A stretch of 64,000 nucleotides of DNA from Pseudobdellovibrionaceae bacterium (GTDB lineage: Bacteria > Bdellovibrionota > Bdellovibrionia > Bdellovibrionales > Bdellovibrionaceae), in assembly GCA_039810425.1 (NCBI GenBank), contig JBDHWW010000002.1:32001-96000 (forward strand). The letters run 5' to 3'. Numbering within the stretch: the stretch's first letter is position 1; the number at the start of each line of letters is the position of its first letter. Made by a program: the position numbers and the translations under genes. This document shows positions 20,703 to 30,924 of the stretch, piece by piece. Under the pieces are notes generated by a model. The model did no database searches. It was not told where the DNA came from and saw only the letters and a program-made list of their open reading frames with translations.

Positions 20703-22331
20703 TTATTTACCCATCCACCAGTAGTTTACGCCAACGCCATACTTGAAAGTTTCAGCCGGCATTTGGATGCGTGACGCAGTCGCGTACAGGTCATATTTAT
20801 CGTTGAACATGAACACGTAAGGGGCATCCGCCGCAATCTTTTCGTACACTTGTTGCAAGAGTTTCACGCGTTTTTTCTCGTCCAAGGATTGGCGAGCTTC
20901 GTCGATGAGCTTATCCACTTCGGGGTTTTTGTAACCGATGAAGTTAGAGCCGCCTGGAACCGCACTTGATGAGTGCCAGATTTGCTTAGGATCCCAAGTG
21001 ATGTCACCACCACCCCAGCCCAAAGCTACAGCGTCGAAATTACCTTCGTCCATCAACTTCAAGAAGGAGTTCCACTCGAGATACTTGATTTCCATGTCAA
21101 TGCCGGCCTTTTTGAGGTCTTCCTTGTACATAGTCCAATATTTCTCGTTGTCTTTATTAGGATGGATCAAGGTGAACTTGAAAGGCGTCTTCTTACCGTT
21201 TACAACCCTATCAAGGGTTCCATCTTTGTCTGTGTCAGTCCAACCAGCTTTTGCCAACAGCTCCGTAGCGGCTTTCGGGTCAAAGAGGAATGGCTTTACA
21301 GATTTTGGCGCGTAGTCACTCTTTACGTAGGTAGGACCTGTTGCTAAGTCCGCCATGCCGTAACGGAACTTCTTATTCATCTCTTCACGGTTCATCAAGT
21401 GAGCCAAAGCAACGCGCACGTTTTTATCTTGGAAAAGATCGCGGCGAAGGTTCCAGCCTACGAAACCGTAAGATTTCGGAGCCGAGTTCTCAACTTTGTG
21501 CTTGAGGATAGTTTTGCCCCAAGGCGCGCCTTCGGTTTTTTTAACATAAGCTTCCGGGCGAAGATCGATGTAATCCAAGTCGCCTTTTTTAGCGCGCTCA
21601 AGGTACACAGTTTCTTCTTTGTAGAAACGCATGTTGACTGTTGCGAAGTTGTACATGCCTTTCCAGTCTTTATCGTCGTTGCCGTACCACTTGTCGAAAC
21701 GCTTCAAAGTGATGATTTGGCCACGTTCGAACTTTTCCAAAGCGTAAGGGCCGCAACCGATCAAAGTGCGAACCATTTTCTTAGATTTTTCTACGTCACC
21801 GTAGATGTGCTTAGGAATCACCGACATGTCGCCAGCGATGACGTCGAAGTTTTTGAAGTATGTGTCTTTCGCAGTCACTTTTACCGTGAGTGGATCCACA
21901 ACTTCTACTTTGGCAATGCCTTCGTAGTAAGGGCGCAAGTGAGCAGCTTGGTAAGCAGGTTCAAAGATCGCATCGAAAGAGAATTTTACGTCTTCCGCAG
22001 TGACAGGTTTGCCGTCGTGGAAGACAGCGTTCTTACGGAGGTGGAAAGTGAAGATCTTGTTGTCTTTAGAAACTTCCCATTTCTCAGCCACACGTGGTTT
22101 CCACGCGTAAGTTTCTAGATCACGACTCAGCAAGGTGTCCAAAACATAACTTTGTACGCCCTGTGCGTAGGTATCGGTACTGGCGATTGGATGCAAAGTC
22201 GGTGGTTCGCCTTGAAGATTCAAGTTGAAAACACCGCCCTGTGGAGCACTTTCATTCGGTTTCGCGGCAAGAGATGCAGAACTGAGGCCAGCAACTACAA
22301 CAAGGGCCAAGATTTGTCCCATTACTTTCAT
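20703..22331 (-). CDS. Peptide ABC transporter substrate-binding protein (family 5)
   Basis: Signal peptide, FHLRKNAVFHDGKPVTAEDVKFS, GCGPY, VRVAL; ATG 22331 preceded by GGAGG. Confidence 0.93.
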   Translation of the reverse strand: MKVMGQILALVVVAGLSSASLAAKPNESAPQGGVFNLNLQGEPPTLHPIASTDTYAQGVQSYVLDTLLSRDLETYAWKPRVAEKWEVSKDNKIFTFHLRKNAVFHDGKPVTAEDVKFSFDAIFEPAYQAAHLRPYYEGIAKVEVVDPLTVKVTAKDTYFKNFDVIAGDMSVIPKHIYGDVEKSKKMVRTLIGCGPYALEKFERGQIITLKRFDKWYGNDDKDWKGMYNFATVNMRFYKEETVYLERAKKGDLDYIDLRPEAYVKKTEGAPWGKTILKHKVENSAPKSYGFVGWNLRRDLFQDKNVRVALAHLMNREEMNKKFRYGMADLATGPTYVKSDYAPKSVKPFLFDPKAATELLAKAGWTDTDKDGTLDRVVNGKKTPFKFTLIHPNKDNEKYWTMYKEDLKKAGIDMEIKYLEWNSFLKLMDEGNFDAVALGWGGGDITWDPKQIWHSSSAVPGGSNFIGYKNPEVDKLIDEARQSLDEKKRVKLLQQVYEKIAADAPYVFMFNDKYDLYATASRIQMPAETFKYGVGVNYWWMGK

Positions 22332-22512
22332 CGTACATTCCTCCAAAGTATGGTTAGGGGCTATGCGTCCCTAAAGTGGACCTAAAATCAGGGAAAGCGC
22401 TGAAATAATCAAGCCATTGCTCAACTGATGCAACGCAAAATAATCAGCTTGAACTGTTTTCTTTTTGCTAAAATAAGACCATAAAGCTGACTCATTCACT
22501 GAAGGAGTTTCC

Positions 22513-23565
22513 ATGGATAAATCGACACCAAAATTCGACCCGACGACGACCATTTCCTCCGAGTTCGGTATCTTTGGGATCCCCATGACAGAGGCCGAAT
22601 CCCGAGTCACTTTGGTTCCGGTGCCATGGGAGGTGACCACTTCTTACGGCCGTGGTGCCTCAGACGGGCCGCGCATTATCCGCGATGCCAGTGAGCAGAT
22701 CGACCTTTTCGACTTCGAGACCGGCAAGGCCTACGAAGAAGGCTTCTTCATGCGCGAATTCCCAACCGAGCTCAAGGAAATGAATGACAGGTACAAAGCC
22801 CTGGCCCAAGAGCTCATCGAAATGCGTACGAGCCAAAGTGAAGACACCGCGCGCATGGATAAGATCGCCAGCGAAGTCAATGCCGCTTGTGCAAAAATGA
22901 CGGCCTGGGTTTACGACCAATGCAAGTCGGTTTTGAAAAATAAAAAATTACTGGGTTTGGTCGGCGGCGACCACTCGACTCCGTGGGGCGCGATCCAAGC
23001 GGTGGCTGAAGAGCACAAAGGGGACTTCGGTGTTTTGCACATCGACGCGCATGCTGATCTTCGCAAAGCCTACCAGGGTTTCACGCAATCCCATGCTTCG
23101 ATCATGTACAATGTCATGACCGGGGAAAAGCGTCCTTCGAAACTGGTACAGATCGGTATTCGTGATTTCTGCGAAGAGGAATTCGATTTCATCCAGAGCC
23201 GCAAGGACATCCGTACATTCTTTGATATGGAATTAAAACGCCGTATGCTCGGAGGTGAAAGCTGGGCCCAGATTTGCCAAGACATTCTGAAAGAGTTGCC
23301 GAAGAAAGTTTACATCTCTTTTGATATTGATGGTTTGGACCCCGCGTTCTGTCCCAGCACTGGCACTCCGGTTCCAGGTGGCCTCAGCATCGACCAAGTG
23401 TTTTACCTCTTCAATGAGATCCACAAAAGCGGCCGCCAGGTCGTCGCTTTTGATTTGAACGAAGTTTCTACCGGCGGTGAAGAAGAAGCCGAGTGGGATG
23501 GCAATGTCGGCGCGCGCGTTTTGTACAAAATGTGCGGCTGGCTCGTGAAAACCAACCAGGGATAA
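22513..23565 (+). CDS. speB: Agmatinase (ureohydrolase family)
   Basis: GGDHS, DAHADL, SHAS, SFDIDGLDP, TGTPVPGG; near speA. Confidence 0.88.
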   Translation: MDKSTPKFDPTTTISSEFGIFGIPMTEAESRVTLVPVPWEVTTSYGRGASDGPRIIRDASEQIDLFDFETGKAYEEGFFMREFPTELKEMNDRYKALAQELIEMRTSQSEDTARMDKIASEVNAACAKMTAWVYDQCKSVLKNKKLLGLVGGDHSTPWGAIQAVAEEHKGDFGVLHIDAHADLRKAYQGFTQSHASIMYNVMTGEKRPSKLVQIGIRDFCEEEFDFIQSRKDIRTFFDMELKRRMLGGESWAQICQDILKELPKKVYISFDIDGLDPAFCPSTGTPVPGGLSIDQVFYLFNEIHKSGRQVVAFDLNEVSTGGEEEAEWDGNVGARVLYKMCGWLVKTNQG

Positions 23566-24419
23566 TGGCCTTTTCCGCGATTTTCTTATTACTCATTGCG
23601 ATGCTCTCGATTCAATCGGGAGCCGCTATCGCCAAGCAGCTCTTTCCGATGGTGGGTTCCATGGGCGTGACGTTGTTGCGCACCTCTTTAGCCGCCGCTA
23701 TTTTGCTCGGAATTTGGCGGCCTTGGCCTCTTTTAAAATCTCTCCCACGCTTGAAGCGTCTTGCTTTGTATGGTTCTGCGCTGGGGTTGATGAACCTTCT
23801 CTTTTATCTCGCGCTGGAACGCATTCCACTCGGTGTGGCTGTTGCCCTTGAATTCACGGGGCCGCTGGCTGTGGCACTTTTTTCGTCACGCCAGCTTTTA
23901 GATTTTGTTTGGGCCCTTCTTGCGGCGCTTGGGATTGTGATGATTCTGCCGCTGACAGCCGTTTCGACAGAGCTGGATTTACTGGGTGCTTTATTTGCAT
24001 TGGCGGCCGGCGGATTTTGGGCTCTCTATATAGTATTCGGTAAAAAAGCCGGCGAAGGGACCCACGGAGGTCCAACGGCCGCAGTGGGTATGCTCTTTGC
24101 GGCTCTGGTGACTTTTCCATTTGGTGTGGTCGATGCGGGGGCAAAACTTCTGCATTGGCAGGTACTGCCGCTTGGGCTCGCGGTTGCGATTTTTTCAAGT
24201 GCCCTTCCCTACTCGCTGGAAATGGTTTCACTGAAGCGCATCCCCATCAAAACTTTCGGAATTTTAATGAGTCTTGAACCGATGGTCGCCGCTCTTGCCG
24301 GTGCGGTGTTTTTGAAGGAACTGCTGACGACCCTACAGCTTGTGGCTATTGCCAGCATTGTCGTGGCTTCACTTGGCAGCGCCTTAACGGCGCGAACACA
24401 AGCGATTGATATATTTTAG
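23565..24419 (+). CDS. rhtA: EamA/DMT transporter, RhtA-like threonine/homoserine exporter
   Basis: SIQSGAAIAK, RIPLGVAVALEFTGP, PYSLEM, MSLEP; TAATG coupling to speB. Confidence 0.85.
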   Translation: MAFSAIFLLLIAMLSIQSGAAIAKQLFPMVGSMGVTLLRTSLAAAILLGIWRPWPLLKSLPRLKRLALYGSALGLMNLLFYLALERIPLGVAVALEFTGPLAVALFSSRQLLDFVWALLAALGIVMILPLTAVSTELDLLGALFALAAGGFWALYIVFGKKAGEGTHGGPTAAVGMLFAALVTFPFGVVDAGAKLLHWQVLPLGLAVAIFSSALPYSLEMVSLKRIPIKTFGILMSLEPMVAALAGAVFLKELLTTLQLVAIASIVVASLGSALTARTQAIDIF

Positions 24420-24793
24420 CGGGCGTAACGCTTATTCATGGATTCGCGGATTTCAGCACCTTCGATGCTTAAGCGAGTCCAAGGAATGGCGCGAAGTCTT
24501 TCGGGCTCAATGGCCTCTTCTGTTTCTTCACACAAACCGAAACTTCCGTTTTCAATACGACCAAGAGCGCTGTCGATCTCAAAAAGTTGAGAACGAAGTC
24601 TTTCGTGCATATTGAGAAATTCAGCCTCTGCCAGGACGCGGACAGTTTGATCGGCCTCATCGCCACCTTTGTCGTCGTTATCCAGATTCAAGCGGGCTTC
24701 TTTCACGCGGTTCAGGATGTCCGCTTTTGCTTGAACTAATTTTTGTCTGCACTCGCTTACCAAATCTTCCGATATGTGCGATGTATGTGCCAT
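24416..24793 (-). CDS. dksA: DksA/TraR-family transcription factor, one-Cys zinc-independent type
   Basis: Coiled-coil tip DEADQT, ALGRIENGSFGLCEETEEAI.PERL.AIPWTRLSIE; start 24793 with GAGGGGG RBS. Confidence 0.82.
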   Translation of the reverse strand: MAHTSHISEDLVSECRQKLVQAKADILNRVKEARLNLDNDDKGGDEADQTVRVLAEAEFLNMHERLRSQLFEIDSALGRIENGSFGLCEETEEAIEPERLRAIPWTRLSIEGAEIRESMNKRYAR

Positions 24794-25169
24794 CTTTACC
24801 CCCTCGATTATTCCCTCAATTTCGAAGTGCCAATTTGGAACTGACCTATTAATCACTGGCCATGAATTTTTTGCAAGAGAAAATCTTAAATTAACTTAAA
24901 ATTAAATAACTCGCTGATTCCAGAGGTGAAAAACCGACACTTTGAAAATAACGCCGCAACGGCCGTTTTCACTCTTAAATTCTAATGAAGACTTCTTAAA
25001 TTTTAATAGAGTCCAAACCAGAATTCCTTAAAAATTTGCATTGCGTTATAAAGCTGGACTTAAGTGGAACTGGAGTTAAAGAAAGGGCGTAAAAGCCCCT
25101 GAAACTCTCGTTTTGAGACAGGGTGCTTTTACCCAGGAAATCCCCATTGTCAGGATTTTAAGAAGCAGA

Positions 25170-25544
25170 CTACTTCTTGGATCTGATGCACTCGATGGCT
25201 TTTGCGATCACTTGATCTGAAGCCTGATTCAACTTGATATTGAGTTTCTGAGCGTTTTGTCCACGAACACGGAAGGCTTTCGCACTGTCATTCATGTTGT
25301 GTACTGCTTCTTTGGTCACCGGCTGGCCAAGGCTCGCACTGGTATTGAGAGTATCGGAGTACTCTTCAAGGATCGAAGCAAAGCTCTCGTGGTTGCTGAT
25401 TAAACTGCTCGAGATGCTTTGATTCGCCTTCTGCATCGCCTTGAGATCCTCGATGACTTCAGAGCAATTGCCCCCCGCGAAGGCGGTATTCGCGGTCACG
25501 ATCATCCCGGTGATTGCAATTGTGGCCCCAAAAAAATTTGTCAT
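25170..25544 (-). CDS. Secreted helical hypothetical protein
   Basis: Signal peptide (AFA), two Cys near the termini, GGGGAG RBS. Confidence 0.6.
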   Translation of the reverse strand: MTNFFGATIAITGMIVTANTAFAGGNCSEVIEDLKAMQKANQSISSSLISNHESFASILEEYSDTLNTSASLGQPVTKEAVHNMNDSAKAFRVRGQNAQKLNIKLNQASDQVIAKAIECIRSKK

Positions 25545-25591
25545 AACTGATCACTCCCCTAAAGATGCCCCCATGGCACGTAAGGAGTTAA

Positions 25592-25607
25592 AGCAAGGGC
25601 CTTGCCA
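25592..25607 (-). promoter_or_regulatory. Sigma-54 (-24/-12) promoter candidate
   Basis: TGGCAAGGCCCTTGCT (GG-N10-GC) 48 bp upstream of the 25544 start. Confidence 0.5.
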
Positions 25608-25660
25608 CAAAGTAAAAGGGCTCAGATCGATTTTAAGTGGGTTTCTAAGGCCCGTTTCAG

Positions 25661-26269
25661 TTACGCGCGGAGAAATTTTTCAAACTCGTCTTTGGATTCG
25701 CCAGAGGTGTAGGGCAACAAAAGACGCGAAACATGACGTTTACCACGCTCAATACTGCGCTTACCCGGGGTTTTCTCGGCGCTCTCGAAGAACTGCAGGA
25801 ACGTCGTCGACATCGCCAAGAGCGACTCGGAAATGTACTCCATTTCACTCTTGTCTTTTATTTGGGCCATTTTTCCTTCGCGAACCCAACGGCGGTAAAG
25901 CACGTCCATGAGTTTCATCATTTTCTGTAAATGCACACGCCACATTTTTGCCAGATCCGCATCTTTGCGGCGCAGAGAGTACATTTCGCGGTGGAAAAAA
26001 CGGTATTTCCAGTAGAGTTCGAAATTCTCGTCAATGAATTGCAGAGGATTTTTTCCGCCACCGCGGCGGAATCTCCACAATTGGTAGGTCTCTTTGCACA
26101 TGCGCTTAAAGAGCTCGACAATGATTTCTTCTTTATTGTCATAGTGAAAATAAAGATTGCCAGGGCTGATTTCCATGGCTTTTGCGATGTGATTTGTCGT
26201 CACCGCGACCACACCGCTACGATTAAAAAGATCAATGGAAGTGAGTAGAATACGCTCTTTAGTTTTCAT
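25661..26269 (-). CDS. TetR/AcrR-family transcriptional regulator
   Basis: KTKERIL..SIDLF..SG....TTNHIAKAMEISPGNLYFHYDNKEEI HTH. Confidence 0.93.
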   Translation of the reverse strand: MKTKERILLTSIDLFNRSGVVAVTTNHIAKAMEISPGNLYFHYDNKEEIIVELFKRMCKETYQLWRFRRGGGKNPLQFIDENFELYWKYRFFHREMYSLRRKDADLAKMWRVHLQKMMKLMDVLYRRWVREGKMAQIKDKSEMEYISESLLAMSTTFLQFFESAEKTPGKRSIERGKRHVSRLLLPYTSGESKDEFEKFLRA

Positions 26270-26427
26270 CGCTCATCCTGATATTATTTTTTTTCTCGAG
26301 TGTCACTAGCTTTCGAAACCACGCTGGGATGACCTTTTAGGCCCCTGGACCTAGACCTGATGTCATATTAAGGCGGTTTTGGCTCCAGCCCTTGTTTGAA
26401 AGGGAATTCTGGTGTTAGACTGAACAA

Positions 26428-27708
26428 ATGCGAGCAAAAACACAATCTAAGCAGCGGTCTAAGTCCTTAAAATTCTTGCTCATTCCGATAGCATTAACGC
26501 TGCCGGCATTTCTCTTTTTCAGGTCTCCAACAGAAGACACCGTTCGTGAAGACAAAGTTAAACGCCAACTTGAACAACGCACTGAAATCGCAAAAACAAT
26601 TGGTGATAGCATTCGGCACAATAGATTTCCATCGAATCTTGATATGCAGTGGGAAGGAAAGCCTGTTAAGGCTCAAGTACATTTAGGTATTGATCCGGAA
26701 ATGCAAAAAGAAGCTGAAAGACTCTTGAAATCTTACAAGCCAGACTACGCGGCGATCTTTATGATGGATGCTGTCACGGGCCGCGTGCTCGCGATGACCA
26801 GCTTTCAAAAAGATGATCCAAATGCGGAAAATTGGAGTTTAAAATCTAATTTTCCCGCGGCTTCCGTCTTTAAAGTGGTTACAGCCACGGCGGCGGTTGA
26901 TAAAGCCGGCGTTTCTCCTCAACACAAGATCAACTTCAATGGCGGTAATTACACCCTCTACCGTAAAAACGTGATGTCGGACAAAGTTACGAAGTGGACT
27001 CGTGCCATTACTCTAAAAGAGGCCTTCGCACGTTCCATCAACACGGCTTTCGGCCGCTTGAGCCTTGAGACTCTGCACCCTGTTGATATCAATGACTATG
27101 CCACTCGCTTTATGTTCAACCAAGAGATCCCTTCGGATTTCCCGGTTGAGATGGGTGTTGCCTATGTTCCACCAGAAAAAAGCTTCGAGCTCACGGAAGT
27201 GGCTTCGGGCTATAATAAAACCAACCGCATGAGCCCCGTCCAAGGCGCCATGATCGCGGCTGCCGTCGCTAATGACGGTAAAATGGCGATTCCTTACCTC
27301 GTCCAAAACATCACGAATGAACAAGGCCAAGATCTCTACAAAGCAGAAACTTTGGATAACGGCCACATCATGACTCCGGAGTCCGCTCAGAAAGTGCGTG
27401 AGCTCATGGGCGAAACCGTCACCGCGGGCACGTCTCGTAAATCTTTCCGTAAGCTCGTTCGCAACAAGAAATTCAAAACCATCGAGATGGGCGGCAAGAC
27501 CGGCCACTTGACGGCGGAAAATCCAAAAGGCCGCGTCGATTGGTTCGTAGGCTACGCGATGGACGAGACCAACCGAATCGCCATCGCCGCGGTTTCTGTG
27601 AATAAAGAAAAGTGGACAGTGAAGTCCGCGGAGCTGGGCCAGAATATGTTTAAGAAATATTACGGCCCGATCATCCAAGACCGCATGATCTCTTCTTCCG
27701 GTCAGTAA
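26428..27708 (+). CDS. Penicillin-binding protein, transpeptidase domain only
   Basis: N-terminal anchor; SxxK (ASVFK), SxN (RSIN), KTG (GGKTG), WFVGY. Confidence 0.88.
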   Translation: MRAKTQSKQRSKSLKFLLIPIALTLPAFLFFRSPTEDTVREDKVKRQLEQRTEIAKTIGDSIRHNRFPSNLDMQWEGKPVKAQVHLGIDPEMQKEAERLLKSYKPDYAAIFMMDAVTGRVLAMTSFQKDDPNAENWSLKSNFPAASVFKVVTATAAVDKAGVSPQHKINFNGGNYTLYRKNVMSDKVTKWTRAITLKEAFARSINTAFGRLSLETLHPVDINDYATRFMFNQEIPSDFPVEMGVAYVPPEKSFELTEVASGYNKTNRMSPVQGAMIAAAVANDGKMAIPYLVQNITNEQGQDLYKAETLDNGHIMTPESAQKVRELMGETVTAGTSRKSFRKLVRNKKFKTIEMGGKTGHLTAENPKGRVDWFVGYAMDETNRIAIAAVSVNKEKWTVKSAELGQNMFKKYYGPIIQDRMISSSGQ

Positions 27709-27724
27709 AGCTTAAAACCTGACC

Positions 27725-28276
27725 CTATTTTCGTTTATTGGGATCTTCTGAGTTCGAACCGTCATCCGTGATCTTGGTATGCGTAATTTCTAACGGCGTG
27801 ATATCGACAGCGTCGACATCACGTTCTTGCCGAGGCCCCTCTGCAAACGGAAAAGGCCCTTGGTAACGTTGATGGCGCGGACCTTGTTGAAAACCACCGA
27901 ACTGAGCAAACGAAAACGATGAGTTCTTCATGCGTTTAAAAATAAAATTCTTAAAGATATAAACCGAAATATGTCTAAAAATAGGCACAATCAGGAGCAC
28001 CGCCAGTACGCGACTTAAGAATGTCGGAATAATTAGCAGGATACTGCCGAGAAGAAGCGCGCCCTTGTGCAAGACCCGGTCCGCCGGCAGTTGCCCCTGC
28101 ATCATTCCCCCTTGCACAGCCATCATCATACTTCTGCCTGTGAGCGAAAAGAGTACGGCACCGAAAAAGCTTGGCAAAAGATAGGCTAAAAACACATCCC
28201 AAAAATCAAAGAAATGCACAAAAGTTGTGAAAACCAGGATTTCAGTCAGCACAATCGGCAGTGGAATAAAGAACAT
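27725..28276 (-). CDS. fxsA: FxsA-family membrane protein
   Basis: EI in the first TM, G.LLIIP.FLS...A.LL.VP..R, charged C-terminal tail. Confidence 0.7.
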   Translation of the reverse strand: MFFIPLPIVLTEILVFTTFVHFFDFWDVFLAYLLPSFFGAVLFSLTGRSMMMAVQGGMMQGQLPADRVLHKGALLLGSILLIIPTFLSRVLAVLLIVPIFRHISVYIFKNFIFKRMKNSSFSFAQFGGFQQGPRHQRYQGPFPFAEGPRQERDVDAVDITPLEITHTKITDDGSNSEDPNKRK

Positions 28277-28288
28277 AAGAGGCCTCCT

Positions 28289-29056
28289 TTAAAGCGAGAG
28301 CGTCGCTACAACCGGGCAATGATCCGACCCTTCGACAGAATCAAGGATGTCAGCGGACACCACACTGCTTTCAAGACCTTTTGAAACACAGATGTAATCA
28401 ATTCTCCAGCCACGATTTGAAATGCGTGCGAGTTCACGATAGGACCACCAGGTATAGCGGTCTTTTTCTGCCGGATGGAATTTGCGGAAAGTATCAACAA
28501 AGCCAATATCCAAGAACGAATCAAACCACGCGCGCTCTTCCGGCAAGAAACCGCTTTCCGTCGCCAAACGGACGGGATCAAACACGTCGATCTCTTTATG
28601 GGCGACGTTGTAGTCCCCGACCACGATGATCTCGCGGCCTGATTTTATCTTTTCTTTCAAATGCACATTGAGATCTTTAAGGAATTTCTGTTTGAAATTG
28701 TGTCGTTCGTCACCAGAACCACCGTTCGGAAAATAAATATTGTAGAGGTCGAACTTGCCATGATCAGTCATCATGATTCGACCTTCCGACGAGTACTCAG
28801 CCTGTCCCCAGCCGATGTTCATTTGCGTTGGTTCCGTATCTGTGAAGGTCGCAACTCCAGAATAACCTTTGCGAACCGCTGACGACCAATAGAAGTGTTT
28901 ATAACCTAAATGCTTGGCTTCATCCTCCACTTGATCAATGTGTGCTTTGGTTTCTTGAACGCAGAAAATATCTGGCTTTTCTTTCTTCACGAAGTTCATC
29001 AAGCCCTTCTTATGGCAGGCGCGAATTCCATTCAGATTCCAAGAGATGATTTTCAT
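28289..29056 (-). CDS. xth: Exodeoxyribonuclease III / AP endonuclease
   Basis: MKIISWNLNGIRA, QETK, YFPNG, GDYNVAH, GWRIDY, SDHCPV; start 29056. Confidence 0.95.
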   Translation of the reverse strand: MKIISWNLNGIRACHKKGLMNFVKKEKPDIFCVQETKAHIDQVEDEAKHLGYKHFYWSSAVRKGYSGVATFTDTEPTQMNIGWGQAEYSSEGRIMMTDHGKFDLYNIYFPNGGSGDERHNFKQKFLKDLNVHLKEKIKSGREIIVVGDYNVAHKEIDVFDPVRLATESGFLPEERAWFDSFLDIGFVDTFRKFHPAEKDRYTWWSYRELARISNRGWRIDYICVSKGLESSVVSADILDSVEGSDHCPVVATLSL

Positions 29057-29185
29057 ATTGACCCCAAGTCCGCATTGCTGCAAAAAAGTTGAAGCAACAA
29101 TAGAGTTTCGAACAGCAAGAACAAGCGTTAACATCGAGCATTAAGAATTTGAACTGCTGAAGAATCTACTACCAGGAGAACCTTT

Positions 29186-29713
29186 ATGCCAATGATCAAC
29201 CAACCAGCACCCCAGTTTACCGCTCAAGCCGTTTTTGACGGTGGTGAGATCAAAAATATCGCGCTTTCTGACTACAAAGGACAGTGGGTTGTCTTGTTCT
29301 TCTACCCTCTCGATTTCACTTTTGTCTGCCCGACAGAGTTGACGCAATTCCGCGAGCACCTGCCTGATTTTACAAAAAATAAGTCAGTGTTGATCGGCGC
29401 CAGTGTAGACTCCGTTCATTCTCACAAACGTTGGTTACGGGATGACCTTGGCAACTTGGGCTACCCCTTGATTGCCGATCTTACGAAACGCATTTCCCGC
29501 GACTACGGTATTTTGCTTGAAGAGCGCGGGATCGCGACCCGTGCGACCTTCATCATCGATCCAGATCAAAAAATCCAATACATGGGAATTCACAACACGT
29601 CCGTAGGTCGTGATGCGAAAGAGGTCCTTCGTGTCCTCCAAGGTTTACAAACCGGCGAGCTCTGTGGCGCCGGTTGGAAGCAAGGAGAACAGCACGTGGT
29701 GACTTTGAAGTAA
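29186..29713 (+). CDS. ahpC: 2-Cys peroxiredoxin (AhpC/Prx1)
   Basis: FFYPLDFTFVCPTE, resolving GELCGAGW. Confidence 0.93.
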   Translation: MPMINQPAPQFTAQAVFDGGEIKNIALSDYKGQWVVLFFYPLDFTFVCPTELTQFREHLPDFTKNKSVLIGASVDSVHSHKRWLRDDLGNLGYPLIADLTKRISRDYGILLEERGIATRATFIIDPDQKIQYMGIHNTSVGRDAKEVLRVLQGLQTGELCGAGWKQGEQHVVTLK

Positions 29714-30873
29714 TGTCGGCAAAGACCGCTTTTATTCAGCATCTCAGATCCACTTTCAAGGGCTTGGACAATCAGCCTCTTGAAACCTTGGTTTCCGACT
29801 ATCTGATCTCTCCGTTTACGATCCGTCTGCCGAAATCAATTCTGAAAGAGGCCCAAGACGGCATTGCTGAACTCTATAGACTGCGTGAAAATAACAAGTA
29901 CCAGGAATTCTACGCGGATGAAGCCGCAGCTTCGGGTCTCAAGGATCCGGGCAACAAATCCATCTGCATGAGCTATGATTTTCACGTCGATAGCGAAAAT
30001 CATTTAAAACTAATTGAGGTCAATACGAACGCTTCGTTCCTGGCACTGGGCTATGTGATGTACCAAGCAAAACGCGCGCCTTTGCCTGTACCTGACTTTA
30101 CTTTCAATGAATTTAAAAAAGATATTGAAACGGAGCTTGCGCTTTTCGGAAAGAAAGCCGCGCTTCGAAATATCGCAATCATTGATGAAAACCCTGAACA
30201 GCAGAGGCTGTTTGTCGAGTTTCTGGTTTACCGCGAACTTTTCGCGGGGTGGGGCTGGGCTCCGCAAATTTTAGACTATCGCCAAATCGAACCGACGAGT
30301 TTTGATTTCATTTACAATCGCTACACGGATTTCTTGCTAAACAATCCCGGAAGTGCCGCTTTAAAAAATGCCTTTGTGGCAAAGAGCTCCTGCTTTTCCC
30401 CCAATCCCTATGAGTACCTGCTGTTGGCAGATAAGCAGCGTATGGTTGAGTGGTCGATTCCGGGCCATCTCGATAAGTGGGGAGTTCCTCCTGAAGGCCA
30501 GAAGGTGATCACCTCTATAGTTCCGCCGAGCTTAAGCCTCGAGGTAGCGAACAAAGAAGAAGTCTGGAGCCAACGCAAGACCTACTTCTTTAAGCCCAAG
30601 CGCGCCTATGGTTCCAAGCAGTCTTATAAAGGGGCCTCTATCAGCCGTAAGATTTTCGATGAGATCGCAGGTCAGGGGTTTATCGCTCAGACGTATGTCG
30701 CTCCGTCTGAAAAGGTCTTCACGACTCCGGACGGTGACCAAAGTTTTAAATTCGATTTACGATGCTATGCCTATCAAGGGCGACTGCAGCTGATCGTCGC
30801 CAGACTGTACCAGGGACAGGTCACGAACCTGAGAACCCCCCTCGGAGGATTTGGTTGCGTCGAGTTCTATTAG
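29713..30873 (+). CDS. Circularly permuted ATP-grasp ligase (glutathione/glutathionylspermidine-synthetase-like)
   Basis: YDFH...LKLIEVNTN, FFKP...YGSK, FIAQTYV, DLR, ARLY...TN....GG; TAATG coupling to ahpC. Confidence 0.65.
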   Translation: MSAKTAFIQHLRSTFKGLDNQPLETLVSDYLISPFTIRLPKSILKEAQDGIAELYRLRENNKYQEFYADEAAASGLKDPGNKSICMSYDFHVDSENHLKLIEVNTNASFLALGYVMYQAKRAPLPVPDFTFNEFKKDIETELALFGKKAALRNIAIIDENPEQQRLFVEFLVYRELFAGWGWAPQILDYRQIEPTSFDFIYNRYTDFLLNNPGSAALKNAFVAKSSCFSPNPYEYLLLADKQRMVEWSIPGHLDKWGVPPEGQKVITSIVPPSLSLEVANKEEVWSQRKTYFFKPKRAYGSKQSYKGASISRKIFDEIAGQGFIAQTYVAPSEKVFTTPDGDQSFKFDLRCYAYQGRLQLIVARLYQGQVTNLRTPLGGFGCVEFY

Positions 30874-30924
30874 AGTGGTGCCAAGATCGACGTCCGCGTT
30901 TTCGCATTTTGTGGGGTATTTTTA

